IMG/VR virus record: IMGVR_UViG_3300027908_000023
Span: 6,369-70,368 of that record
DNA from: a virus
Reading direction: 5' to 3' (one strand)
Length of the DNA: 64,000 nt
Position numbers and translations under genes: made by a program. The notes beneath the pieces are model-generated. The model was not told where the DNA came from and did no database searches. It was given only the letters and a program-made list of their open reading frames with translations. How positions within the stretch are numbered: the stretch's first letter is position 1; each line of letters starts with the position of its first letter. Positions 9,464 through 18,397 of this stretch are shown piece by piece.

Positions 9464-12079
9464 TCAGAAGTGCATGGTAGCGAGATAGCGGTCGAGCATG
9501 TCATCCAGCTTCTTCTTTGCCTGTTCCAGCTGCTCCCTCTTCTCCAGGAACGTTGTGAATCGCTCGGCTGTGGCCTTCTGTGCCTGGACATCAAAACTCC
9601 CATCCGGCTTGACCGGAATCGGCACGGCAAGAACCCTCATCTTCGCCAGGGAGGCGCGGAAAGCCCGGTTGAAACTCGATTCAAAGCGCAGGACATACAG
9701 CGCGTGAAGCATGTATTCCGGGACGATCGCGGGGTCTATGATCTGAATCACCCCGCAATGATCGGTGGTGGCGAAGGGAGTTTCGGGCTGGATCAGTTTG
9801 TAGTTGAAGAGGCTATTGTCGATACTCCAGAGGATGGCAGGATGGCTGAATTCCTCGATATTGCTCTCCTCTACATACCCCATCGGCGCAACGGCATTAG
9901 CGCTGTAGAGCGGAATTTTCGTGTCGTCGTCGGTCACGTCCTTTTTCAAGACTCGCTTGCCGATGAACAGATTGAAGAAATCCTGATCGCTCAGCTTCAC
10001 TTCCCTGGTTGGCCTCTGCCGCAGAGGATTAGCGGATACGAATGATCCGTAATCGGCCAACAGCGTGTTGAATTCGGTCAGCAAGGAAGTTACCTGATCC
10101 GAGTCGGCATATTCGGCAGACTCTTCCGCGCCGGCAGCGATCCGCTCAGCGCGGGTCCACCAGCGATCAACGACCCAATGATCTTCATCTCGAAATCGCT
10201 GGATGTCTTGAATCTTGCATCGTCCCGTCCCGCTTTCAAGCAATTCCTTGGCAGCCGCGCCGACTGCGGAAAAAATCTTGTACCGCCCTTCCATCTCGGG
10301 CAAGTCGTCTTCTTCTATGTCCTCTCTCTTTACACTCCTCAATCGCTCGCCGATGTTCGTGATTAGGTAGGTGAAAACCGGCCGAGTCTGAACGTCGGCA
10401 GCATCCTGCTTCTTGGTCAATGCAAGGATATAGGTATGCTCGTTATTGGCGTAGAAGGTCTTGAGTGGAAGGGTAATGATGGCGTCAAGGTAGCACTCTC
10501 GGAGCATGTGGTTCCGCAGCTTCTTCCCGCCGACCCGTCCGAGGATGCCGTCAGGAACGATGATAAACGCGCGGCCTCCCTGTTTGAGAGACTTGATGAT
10601 CCACTCAACAGACAACCCCTCAAGCCCCAGCGCGTTGATCGGGTATTCGTTCATCGTGCGTGCGGATCGCTTGATCTCCTCCTTGATGATGCTCGACCCA
10701 CGGGTGACATAGGGCGGGTTGCTCAAAATCAGATCGTACTTCTGTTCTTCGTCCTTGATGATATGCCCGAAGGTCCCGAGGTTGTCCTTGAAGAGGGTGA
10801 ACGTCTCGTTGAATGCCCGCGCGAATTCCTGGGAGCATTGTGGGTTGGCGAAGAGGAGTTCTGCCAGATAGATCAGCATGTTCGCCTTGGCGAGGATTAT
10901 GGTCCGCTCCTCATCTCTCTCAAACCCCTTGTCGAATCCGTTCAAGACGAAAGGCGGAGAAATCACGCCACGATTACCGGGCTTATAGCAGGCGTGCATA
11001 CTCTCATTCATGTTGAGTATTTCGAGCGGGAAGCCACCAACCCCGCAATAGGGATCGCAGATCCGCTTGCCGGCGTACTGGAATGTCGGAAGATCGATAC
11101 CGGCCATGCGAATAATCGACTGGATGACCTTGCGAGGCGTGAAATACTGCCCCAATGCCTCAACTTCTTGGTTAAGAAAACTCTCGTAAATCCTCGTTTT
11201 GAACTGCTTGTCGATCTTCGTCAGCCCGCCGAACTCTTCGGCGTACTTATGAAGGTGCTCCAGCGAGCGGCGGAACAAGACGGCTTGAGAGAGATTCGCC
11301 TCGCCGTTCTCGGCGACAAAAATGGTCCCGTTTATGATAGTCGTGCCGTCTTGTGCCGGAGGGAAGAGTTTATAGATCCTCTCCCGCGAGTTCCGCGCAT
11401 AAAAATCAAGGGCATCTTCGGGGTCCGCCACCGCCTTCTGGCGAATGCGGTTGAACGCGATGTCTTCTGGCAGAACCTTCAAGTCGCTCAGAAACTTGAA
11501 GATGAACAACTCGACCACGTTGTACAGGCACTTGACGGGAGATTTCCCGGTCGCCACCCAGATCGTTTGCCATAGCCGGGTCGCCAGCGGCATCGGGTCG
11601 ATAAGTTTCGGTTGCCGAACGGTGGAATTCGTCGCTGTGATCGAGGCGTCTACTTCGTCAAGCAGGTGCTCAAGCGCCGTCGCGTTCTTCACACCGAAGG
11701 CATGAAAGACTGTCCGCAACTCGTTGCCACTGATGTCCCGAATACGCTCGCCGTTCATGGCGTTGATCCAGAACGTCTTCGTGGAATCCGTCACGATGAA
11801 AATCTTCGACAGCGCGCGGGCAACGTCGATTTCTTGAGTGATCGCCTTCTGTATCGCCTTCTCCGAGCCGAGTTCCTTCGGCTGCTTGTACTCGACAACC
11901 GCCTTAATCTTGCCGTGATGGACGACCAGGCCATCGGGCTTCTTGGCCTCAATCTTCGAGTAATCCTTTTTGGGAATGATTCCGGCGTCCTTGAGTTGCC
12001 CGAGGGTGGTGCTGCCCAGCCTGTAGTAGGTGTACTTGCCAAGCTGGAACGGGATGGTCTGAAGCAACTCTTCGCTCAT
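9464..12079 (-). CDS. Type IIG-like fused restriction endonuclease / N6-adenine methyltransferase / specificity protein
   Basis: N-terminal PD..EYK nuclease motif (KPDGL..VVEYK); GQYFTP; DPYCGVGGF (motif I); NPPY (motif IV); C-terminal TRD-like region. Confidence 0.8.
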   Translation of the reverse strand: MSEELLQTIPFQLGKYTYYRLGSTTLGQLKDAGIIPKKDYSKIEAKKPDGLVVHHGKIKAVVEYKQPKELGSEKAIQKAITQEIDVARALSKIFIVTDSTKTFWINAMNGERIRDISGNELRTVFHAFGVKNATALEHLLDEVDASITATNSTVRQPKLIDPMPLATRLWQTIWVATGKSPVKCLYNVVELFIFKFLSDLKVLPEDIAFNRIRQKAVADPEDALDFYARNSRERIYKLFPPAQDGTTIINGTIFVAENGEANLSQAVLFRRSLEHLHKYAEEFGGLTKIDKQFKTRIYESFLNQEVEALGQYFTPRKVIQSIIRMAGIDLPTFQYAGKRICDPYCGVGGFPLEILNMNESMHACYKPGNRGVISPPFVLNGFDKGFERDEERTIILAKANMLIYLAELLFANPQCSQEFARAFNETFTLFKDNLGTFGHIIKDEEQKYDLILSNPPYVTRGSSIIKEEIKRSARTMNEYPINALGLEGLSVEWIIKSLKQGGRAFIIVPDGILGRVGGKKLRNHMLRECYLDAIITLPLKTFYANNEHTYILALTKKQDAADVQTRPVFTYLITNIGERLRSVKREDIEEDDLPEMEGRYKIFSAVGAAAKELLESGTGRCKIQDIQRFRDEDHWVVDRWWTRAERIAAGAEESAEYADSDQVTSLLTEFNTLLADYGSFVSANPLRQRPTREVKLSDQDFFNLFIGKRVLKKDVTDDDTKIPLYSANAVAPMGYVEESNIEEFSHPAILWSIDNSLFNYKLIQPETPFATTDHCGVIQIIDPAIVPEYMLHALYVLRFESSFNRAFRASLAKMRVLAVPIPVKPDGSFDVQAQKATAERFTTFLEKREQLEQAKKKLDDMLDRYLATMHF

Positions 12080-12282
12080 TTGTCATTTCCCCGTTTTTCG
12101 GCATAGTCGTCACGATGCCGTTCCACATATTCCGCCAATGCCGCGTCTATCAGCTGCGCCCGCGTCGGTTTCGGCCGCATCCCCTCGCGGATCGCGTCCA
12201 GCGCGGCTACGGTAACAGGATCAATCCTCGTGTAGATCACGATTTTGGCGTCGGATTGCGGACGCTCCTTTGGCTTGCTCAT
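12076..12282 (-). CDS. ribbon-helix-helix (CopG-like) regulator
   Basis: IVIYTRID..TVAALD..TRAQLIDAAL.EY; its stop overlaps the R-M start codon. Confidence 0.65.
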   Translation of the reverse strand: MSKPKERPQSDAKIVIYTRIDPVTVAALDAIREGMRPKPTRAQLIDAALAEYVERHRDDYAEKRGNDK

Positions 12283-12288
12283 GCCAGC

Positions 12289-12316
12289 AGTGTAAAGGAA
12301 TGTCAAGCGCTGTCAA
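12289..12316 (-). promoter_or_regulatory. sigma70-type promoter, probably leaderless, for the RHH/R-M operon
   Basis: TTGACA-N16-TACACT ending 6 nt before the ATG; a second TTGACA lies in the spacer. Confidence 0.55.
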
Positions 12317-12427
12317 GAAAAAACTCCTGAGAAATCCAACCTACCAACCTGTACGTTTCTTAACGACTCTGTACAATGTAGGCCGCGTTAAGAGACGTTA
12401 AGAAAACACCAGCAACAGGAGCCTATC

Positions 12428-13750
12428 ATGAATGCACGCGAAGAGCGCGGACTGGTCATCGCGGCGGTCTGCAAACTCAACCCCACTCCCGAAGGTTGGC
12501 TTGTCCCCTCGCAGTCCGGCGAGCGCATCTACACGGTCGATGTCAAGAAGCAGACCTGCACTTGCCCGGACCATGAGGCGGGGCACAAGTGCAAGCATAT
12601 CTACGCCGTGGAATTCACCCTCAAGCGCGAGGTAAACAGCGACGGCACGATAACCGACACGAAGAGCATGACCTTCACCGAGAAGGTAACATACCGCCAG
12701 GACTGGCCTGCCTACAATCTCGCGCAGAGCATCGAGAAAGACCGTCTTCAGGAACTCCTGCGCGACCTTTGCCGGGGAATCGAGGAGCCGGCGCACGACG
12801 GCATGGGCCGCAAGCCGCATCTGGTCAAGGATTGCATCTTCGCGATGGTGTTCAAGGTCTATTGCACGCTGAGCAGTCGGCGCTTCTCCAGCGACCTCCG
12901 GGAGGCGCACGCACGCGGGTACGTCAGCAAGGAGATCCCTGGCGTGAAGGTGTGTGCCTTCATGGAGAACGCGGCCTTCACGCCGCTGCTCAAGAGCCTG
13001 ATCTACCAGAGCAGCTTGCCGCTCCGCATCGTCGAGACGAAGTTCAGCATCGACAGCAGCGGTTTCTCGACCAACAAGTTCATGCGCTGGTATGACGAGA
13101 AGTACGGCGTCACCCGGCAGAAACACGCCTGGGTCAAGACGCATATCATGTGCGGGGTCAAGACCAACATCGTGACGGCTGTTCGCATCCTGGACAAGGA
13201 CGCGGGAGACTCTCCGCAGTTCATCCCTCTCTTGAAGGACACCCGCAAGGGTTTCACGATCGGGGAAGTCAGCGCGGACAAGGCATATGCGAGCCTGGAC
13301 AACTTCGAGGCGGTCGCGGAGTGTGGCGGGACTGGCTTCATGGCCTTCAAGAAGGACGCAACGGGTGGCGTGGGCGGCATGTTCGAGAAGATGTTCCACT
13401 ATTTCCAGTTCCGCAAGGACGACTTCCTGAAGCACTACCACCTTCGCTCCAACGTCGAATCCACCTTCAGCATGGTCAAGCGAAAGTTCGGGGACCACGT
13501 TCGCAGTAAGGGCGAAGTCGCAATGACGAACGAGGCACTGTGCAAGTTCGTCTGCCATAATCTCTGCTGTCTGATTCAGGAGCAATGCGAACTCGGCATC
13601 GAGCCGATCTTCTGGACGGACGGGCAATCGGTTAAGCTGGTCGCTGGCGATGGGGAGGCTGCGTTGCCGGCGCGGCTGGCGTTGCCCGCGCCGAAAAAGC
13701 CGGACCCGCCGCCGCCCCCGTCGTTCGGGAATGTGATCTATGTCGGTTGA
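12428..13750 (+). CDS. DDE transposase (IS5/IS903-like) with N-terminal SWIM zinc finger
   Basis: CTCPD..CKH (SWIM); IDSSG, SADKAY, RSNVESTFSMVKRKFG catalytic motifs. Confidence 0.9.
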   Translation: MNAREERGLVIAAVCKLNPTPEGWLVPSQSGERIYTVDVKKQTCTCPDHEAGHKCKHIYAVEFTLKREVNSDGTITDTKSMTFTEKVTYRQDWPAYNLAQSIEKDRLQELLRDLCRGIEEPAHDGMGRKPHLVKDCIFAMVFKVYCTLSSRRFSSDLREAHARGYVSKEIPGVKVCAFMENAAFTPLLKSLIYQSSLPLRIVETKFSIDSSGFSTNKFMRWYDEKYGVTRQKHAWVKTHIMCGVKTNIVTAVRILDKDAGDSPQFIPLLKDTRKGFTIGEVSADKAYASLDNFEAVAECGGTGFMAFKKDATGGVGGMFEKMFHYFQFRKDDFLKHYHLRSNVESTFSMVKRKFGDHVRSKGEVAMTNEALCKFVCHNLCCLIQEQCELGIEPIFWTDGQSVKLVAGDGEAALPARLALPAPKKPDPPPPPSFGNVIYVG

Positions 13751-13768
13751 AACGGAACTTGTTGCGGC

Positions 13769-13804
13769 GCAACGGAATATGTTGATTTTGGCATATTCCG
13801 TTGC
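13769..13804. repeat. 13-bp perfect inverted repeat at the transposon right end
   Basis: GCAACGGAATATG / CATATTCCGTTGC. Confidence 0.85.
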
Positions 13805-13848
13805 AAAGCCACGCGGGCTGGACACCGTTCTTGACACGAAAAAGAAAA

Positions 13849-13919
13849 ACAAGCCGGCGGGGGTCGAACCCGCATCCGCTCACTTAGAGTCAGCGGATAA
13901 ACCCAGACGCTTCGGCCGT
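13849..13919 (-). ncRNA. degenerate tRNA-like RNA with a CUA anticodon loop
   Basis: T-arm GCGGG-TTCGACC-CCCGC; loop CTCTAAG on a long stem; only 5 acceptor pairs; no CCA; followed by a U-run. Confidence 0.5.
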
Positions 13920-13988
13920 GGCAGGCGGCCATCGCCCAGGAGAACCGCGATAGGCGGTTCGCCCTTCCTCTGCCAGTCGCTCATGATT

Positions 13989-14208
13989 TGGAGATCGCAC
14001 GGGGCGTCGAACCCCTCAGCTCAGGTTACCATCACGGCCAGCCTTCGTGCCCCCAGGTGCCCCTGGGGGGTTGCGAGAGGCATCGCAAGCCTCTCTGGCC
14101 GACCGTTACTCTACCCTCACCTAGCCGGCTGGCGCGGATGCGATTCCGCTTTTAGCCGGCGGGAACCTTGCGGGTTCCCACCCATCCACGCATGGGCATG
14201 ATGCGACC
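13989..14208 (-). ncRNA. 220-nt tRNA-Cys-like RNA (8/4 fold, anticodon GCA, U73, CCA) with a 145-nt variable-arm domain
   Basis: Acceptor GGTCGCAT/GTGCGATC followed by T-CCA; D-stem GCCCAT/ATGGGT; anticodon stem GGGAAC/GTTCCC with loop CCGCAAG; T-arm GGGG-TTCGACG-CCCC; promoter motif at 14243-14270. Confidence 0.75.
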
Positions 14209-14286
14209 GTTTGTTTCCTCCGGGCGATTGCTCCTACCTTAGTTATTCGCTGCTCACGAGCGAATCTTTGGGCGATGGTTGTTTTT

Positions 14287-14670
14287 TCATCTCGCCAGCA
14301 ACGCAACCCCATCAGCAGATCCAAGTACGGCCGGACGGTTGCGATGGTCCACGGTCAGCCGCGCCTCGGGAAACTTTTCCACGAAGTCCGCGACGGCAAG
14401 CCACTTCGCCTTGACTCGCCCGCACTCGTCTTCCGTGAACGTCTCAACTTGTTTCCATCTGCTTCCTGCCAGCCGTGGCAGCACCTCGAAGCGCTCCACC
14501 TTGGCTCGCTTGGCCTCCTGATAGGCCGCGATGCTGGCGTCCAGGTCGGCCTGCGCTTTTGCATCGCGCTAGGCCTGTCCGGCCGCATTGCCGCTTGGCC
14601 GATCTGTTCCGTCATCGCGCGCCTGGGCGTCCGCCGCGATGCTACGCTGTCCGCCGATTCCGAGAGACAT
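14287..14670 (-). pseudogene. 128-codon ORF interrupted by one in-frame TAG (14569-14571)
   Basis: GAGGAG SD and ATG after promoter 14710; ..AAGQA*RDAKAQADLDASIAAYQEAKRAKVERFE.. continues in frame. Confidence 0.6.
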
Positions 14671-15035
14671 GATTTGCTCCTCTGGTTGCTGGTCTTGGCC
14701 TCTGTAGAGTAGTTCGCTGGCCGGGAGTCTCCATTTGATCAGCCAGCGAATTTCCTCAACACCAGTGCCCACACTTTCCGCACTTCGGCACCATGAGAGA
14801 CAGCAGAGAATAGTCATGGCTGCCGCATCGCGAACAGGTGAACGGTGAAGGTATCTCCTCCACTTCGACACGGTATTGCCCGGCAAGCTGCCGCGCCAGG
14901 TCGCGATCAACGGCGACGCGCCGGCCTTGATCGCGACTCCACATCGGCTCGCCCTCGTAATCCTTGCCGGCGTACCAAATCCGTCCCTCGGGAAATTCCC
15001 GCCAGACATAGTATCGGTCCATAGCCTGGCCTCCA

Positions 15036-15563
15036 TTAGACGCACTCGCAAGCATGGGCCGCCTCATCGCCACGACAGTAGCGGCACGGTTGCTGGATCG
15101 GCCGCGCCAGAGCATGCGCGGCCCAGAATTCCGCGCTGCGTTCCCGATCTGCTGGCGTTGCCAGCGCCAACGATGGGTCGTTGACCTCTTTCGGACTGGC
15201 ATGCCCGCCGAACACCGTATGGAGAATGCAGGCGTGCTCCTCGTGCGGCACGGCAATCACGGTGAGCAGGTTCGTCGGCCTCGGTTCGAGGTCGATCAGG
15301 CGCGACGGCCGTTCCCTGCCGATCAGGCAGGCGTAATACACCATGTCATCCGTCACGGGCGGATCGCCGCACATCGGCCCATAGAGAGCACTCGTCAGGC
15401 CGACGGCCAAATCGGGCGGCAGCATGATGCACTCGACGAAGAAGCCTTGACGGTCGCGGAACCTGCTCTCCACATAGGCAAGCAACGCCTCAGAAACATG
15501 GTCGCAATGGCTCAGGCCACGAATGATTTTCATAGGGCTTTCCCTCTGGGTTGCAGGCGACAT
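15036..15563 (-). CDS. hypothetical phage protein
   Basis: Likely start at MKIIRG; co-oriented. Confidence 0.65.
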   Translation of the reverse strand: MSPATQRESPMKIIRGLSHCDHVSEALLAYVESRFRDRQGFFVECIMLPPDLAVGLTSALYGPMCGDPPVTDDMVYYACLIGRERPSRLIDLEPRPTNLLTVIAVPHEEHACILHTVFGGHASPKEVNDPSLALATPADRERSAEFWAAHALARPIQQPCRYCRGDEAAHACECV

Positions 15564-16088
15564 GGACTATTAACGGCGGGGCGGCCGATCTGTCCGGGTT
15601 TGCTGTTACCTTGGCTCGGTTTCCTGATGAGCAGCCATCGCAAAACCAGCCATCGTGCGGGCGCGCTCAAGGCTCTGGTGATAAAGTCCTCGCGCGGCCA
15701 ATTCGCCAAGGCGTTCCGTCAGGCGAGCCAGCGCGGCCCAATCGCCGGCCTCGACGGCGCCAAGGATGCGAACCGTGACGAGTTGGCTGGCTTCGGCCTG
15801 GATGGATTGGCTGGCAGTGGTCATCGTGGCTCCTTTGGGGATGGATCTACCATGTAATTCGCCGGCCAACCGTGGATATTTAACCACTCTCGGAAAATTT
15901 CCGCACTGCCTCCTTGCCGGCCTCCGTCAGTTCATGCTCCCACGTCAGCAACCCGCGCTTGACCAGCGCCCGCACGGTGCCGTCCAGCCCGCCATAGTCG
16001 CTTTGACTCCGGCAATGGTAACTGATCGATCGTCCCTTGAAGACGTTCACCAGCGCTCGCAACATGGAGGGAGAGAGCTTGTTGGCCA

Positions 16089-16295
16089 TTAGTAGTCTCC
16101 GGGTTGTTCGTCTACCTTCATGACCAGCGGATAGAAGCGCGTCGGCACGCTTGCCAGCGCGGCCGTCGCCTCGGCCTCCGTCTCGAACCTCCGGGCTTCC
16201 CTGATGTTCGCCGTCCAGGTCATGAGGAAGCATGCCTCGGGCGCTTGCTTCACCCATGCGGCACAGCCATCGCGACGGCCGTAGATCACCCACAT
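16089..16295 (-). CDS. hypothetical phage protein
   Basis: GGAGG SD. Confidence 0.6.
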   Translation of the reverse strand: MWVIYGRRDGCAAWVKQAPEACFLMTWTANIREARRFETEAEATAALASVPTRFYPLVMKVDEQPGDY

Positions 16296-16311
16296 GATAC
16301 GTTCCTCCCAT

Positions 16312-16500
16312 TCACGCCTCCACCCATGCCACCGATTCCCCGGGCTTCACCCACACCAGCCGGCCGGCGCGATAGACATACGCCGTCGGATCTCCCTTCA
16401 TGGCCGCGCCCATATAGGCGAACACCGGATAGTTGCCGTGCGTGCCATCGGCGAACCGGACAAGCTGCTTGTTCATGGTGCCCTGATAGACTGCGTTCAT
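16312..16500 (-). CDS. hypothetical phage protein
   Basis: ATGA overlap, SD present. Confidence 0.6.
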   Translation of the reverse strand: MNAVYQGTMNKQLVRFADGTHGNYPVFAYMGAAMKGDPTAYVYRAGRLVWVKPGESVAWVEA

Positions 16501-17797
16501 CGGTTACTCCCCTTCAGATGGCCGATCAACTCCGCCACGCTACGAAACTCTCCCAGCTCCCAGGACGCCTCATCCTCCTCGACCCACTGATTGAGAATCA
16601 GTCGCCGGCCAGCAATCTGCACATCGCGATTGCCGCTGAGGAACACGCCGGCATCCGCCGCATCATCGCGTTCCGAATGGCTCAACACAGCGATTCCGGC
16701 AGCGGATAGGCAAGCGGCGAGGTTCTTGGCGGTCATGATCGAGGCTCCCTTGTGGTTTGCTTTCATCCCGTCCATCGTTATTCGCTGCTCACGTCCCGGC
16801 ATTTAACCCGGCACCGATTATTTTTCAAGGCAAAATGAACAACCAAAAGAGCAAGAGAGCCACAAGCGCGACACCGAGCAAGCGAAGTTCCATCGTCTTG
16901 TCTTCCGGCACGGGAGAATCCAGACAATCACGGCAGACACGGGCACCATCGTCACTCTCGTAAAGCTCATCGCTGTCAAGACCGCAGATGTCGCAGCTGG
17001 CTCGATAGGGAGTTGTCATGATTGGATTCTCCTTCACGCTGGCCGATAAACCCGTGCCGATACGCCGGTCATCACGATACGATCCGTCTCCCGGATCGGC
17101 TCCGCTGCCAGGTCACGCTTGCCGCGCGGTCGTTCTGTAACGTGCCGGCCGTCGTCTGTCCAGCCCAGGAAGTGCGGGCACGGCACCTGGGCGTCGGCCG
17201 GGCAGAACGGACACTGGAAGCCAGTGACATACAGGTCGCTCATCTGTTTGCCTCGCTTTCGTGGGCGGTTCTTGCGCCGGCGATGGCCTCACCTGAGCGC
17301 CTCACGTTCGGCTCGTCGTCGCCTTCCACGTCGCGCATTGATGCTCCAAACGCAGCGAACAACAGCCCCAGCAGCATGGCAATCACCAGAACAACTGCCA
17401 TGCCGATATACCAGACGACAATCAGTTTCTTGAGCATGATTCCTCTCTGGGCCGATGATAGCCTGCCGCACCGTGCAGCAGACACATTAACTATCCTACG
17501 CCATGTGCCACGCCATCTCCTGCTCTGCGGGCGTCAACACGGCCCACAGAGCGTCAAGCTCATCAATCCACGCTTGATTGTGGCCGATGAAGTTGTGCTG
17601 CATCCACAGATAGGTCAAGAGGTTGTCGGACATGGTTCGTTCTCCGTTGGGGTTGCTCGTCTCTCCAGAGAGTATTTCGTCGCTCGCGCCGGCTCCTTTG
17701 AACGAAATCGAGAAATCTTTCGTGATCGCTACCACGCTGGTGCCGTGGCTGTTGTGCAGGGTCGGCATGGGGGACTCTTGGGTTGAGATTGTGCCAA

Positions 17798-17819
17798 CCG
17801 GCCGCAACGTTGCGGCCGG
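17798..17819. repeat. 22-bp perfect palindrome
   Basis: CCGGCCGCAACGTTGCGGCCGG. Confidence 0.8.
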
Positions 17820-18100
17820 CATTGTGATTGACGCTCACGAGCCAGCCGGCATCAGGCTTCGTGCGGCCTCATGCATCGCAACGGCACGGTCATGGTAGAG
17901 CCAATAGAGACGCGATTCGTATTCCTCAGCGTCGCGCTTGGCCTCCCATGTGCTCGCCAGGTCGATCAGTTGCTTGATCTGAAAATCCACGGTTGCTTGT
18001 GTCATCTGAATCTCCACAAGTGGTTCCATCGGTTCTGTCTACAGTGTTATTCGCTGGTGCCGACCCGATATTTAGATCGGCACCAGGATTATTTCCGCCA

Positions 18101-18397
18101 TCATCGCGCCGCCTTGGCCTCTTCATACTGCCGGCGGAACTCTTCTGGCAGCGGATAGCAGGCGATGCGTGCCTGCCGGCGTCCGTGATAACCGTTGACG
18201 TTCTTGCGTACCTCGACCTGGCTTCCGCTGCCGTAGTGAGCGATGTAGACGCCCGCGTAGGCGTTCCCGAGCCGGCGCCGAGCCAGTGCCTTCAGCTCTC
18301 CGAGCGTGATCTGTGCCGGGTAGTCGCCGCCAGGCCGGCCATTGTCGGCGGTCAACAGGGTCGTGTCGGGAACCTGAATCTGGATTGTGGTGGCCAT
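18101..18397 (-). CDS. hypothetical phage protein
   Basis: Follows promoter 18439; GAGG SD. Confidence 0.7.
   Translation of the reverse strand: MATTIQIQVPDTTLLTADNGRPGGDYPAQITLGELKALARRRLGNAYAGVYIAHYGSGSQVEVRKNVNGYHGRRQARIACYPLPEEFRRQYEEAKAAR

Larger units (their letters stand above)
9372..13810. mobile_element. IS5-family (IS903-like) cargo-carrying transposon, 4439 bp
   Basis: Terminal IR GGCTTTGCAACGGAAT at 9372-9387 and its complement at 13795-13810; 9-bp direct repeat ACGCGGGCT at 9363-9371 and 13811-13819. Confidence 0.9.

Noticed and set aside
14016-14160. Group I intron in the tRNA
   Set aside because: 145 nt is too short, no P7 core was recognised, and the insert is in the variable arm.
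13849-14235. tmRNA or RNase P RNA
   Set aside because: No GAGGAAAGUCC/AGAACCCGGCUUA P4 pair; the CCA-bearing unit has Cys rather than Ala identity; no tag ORF was identified.
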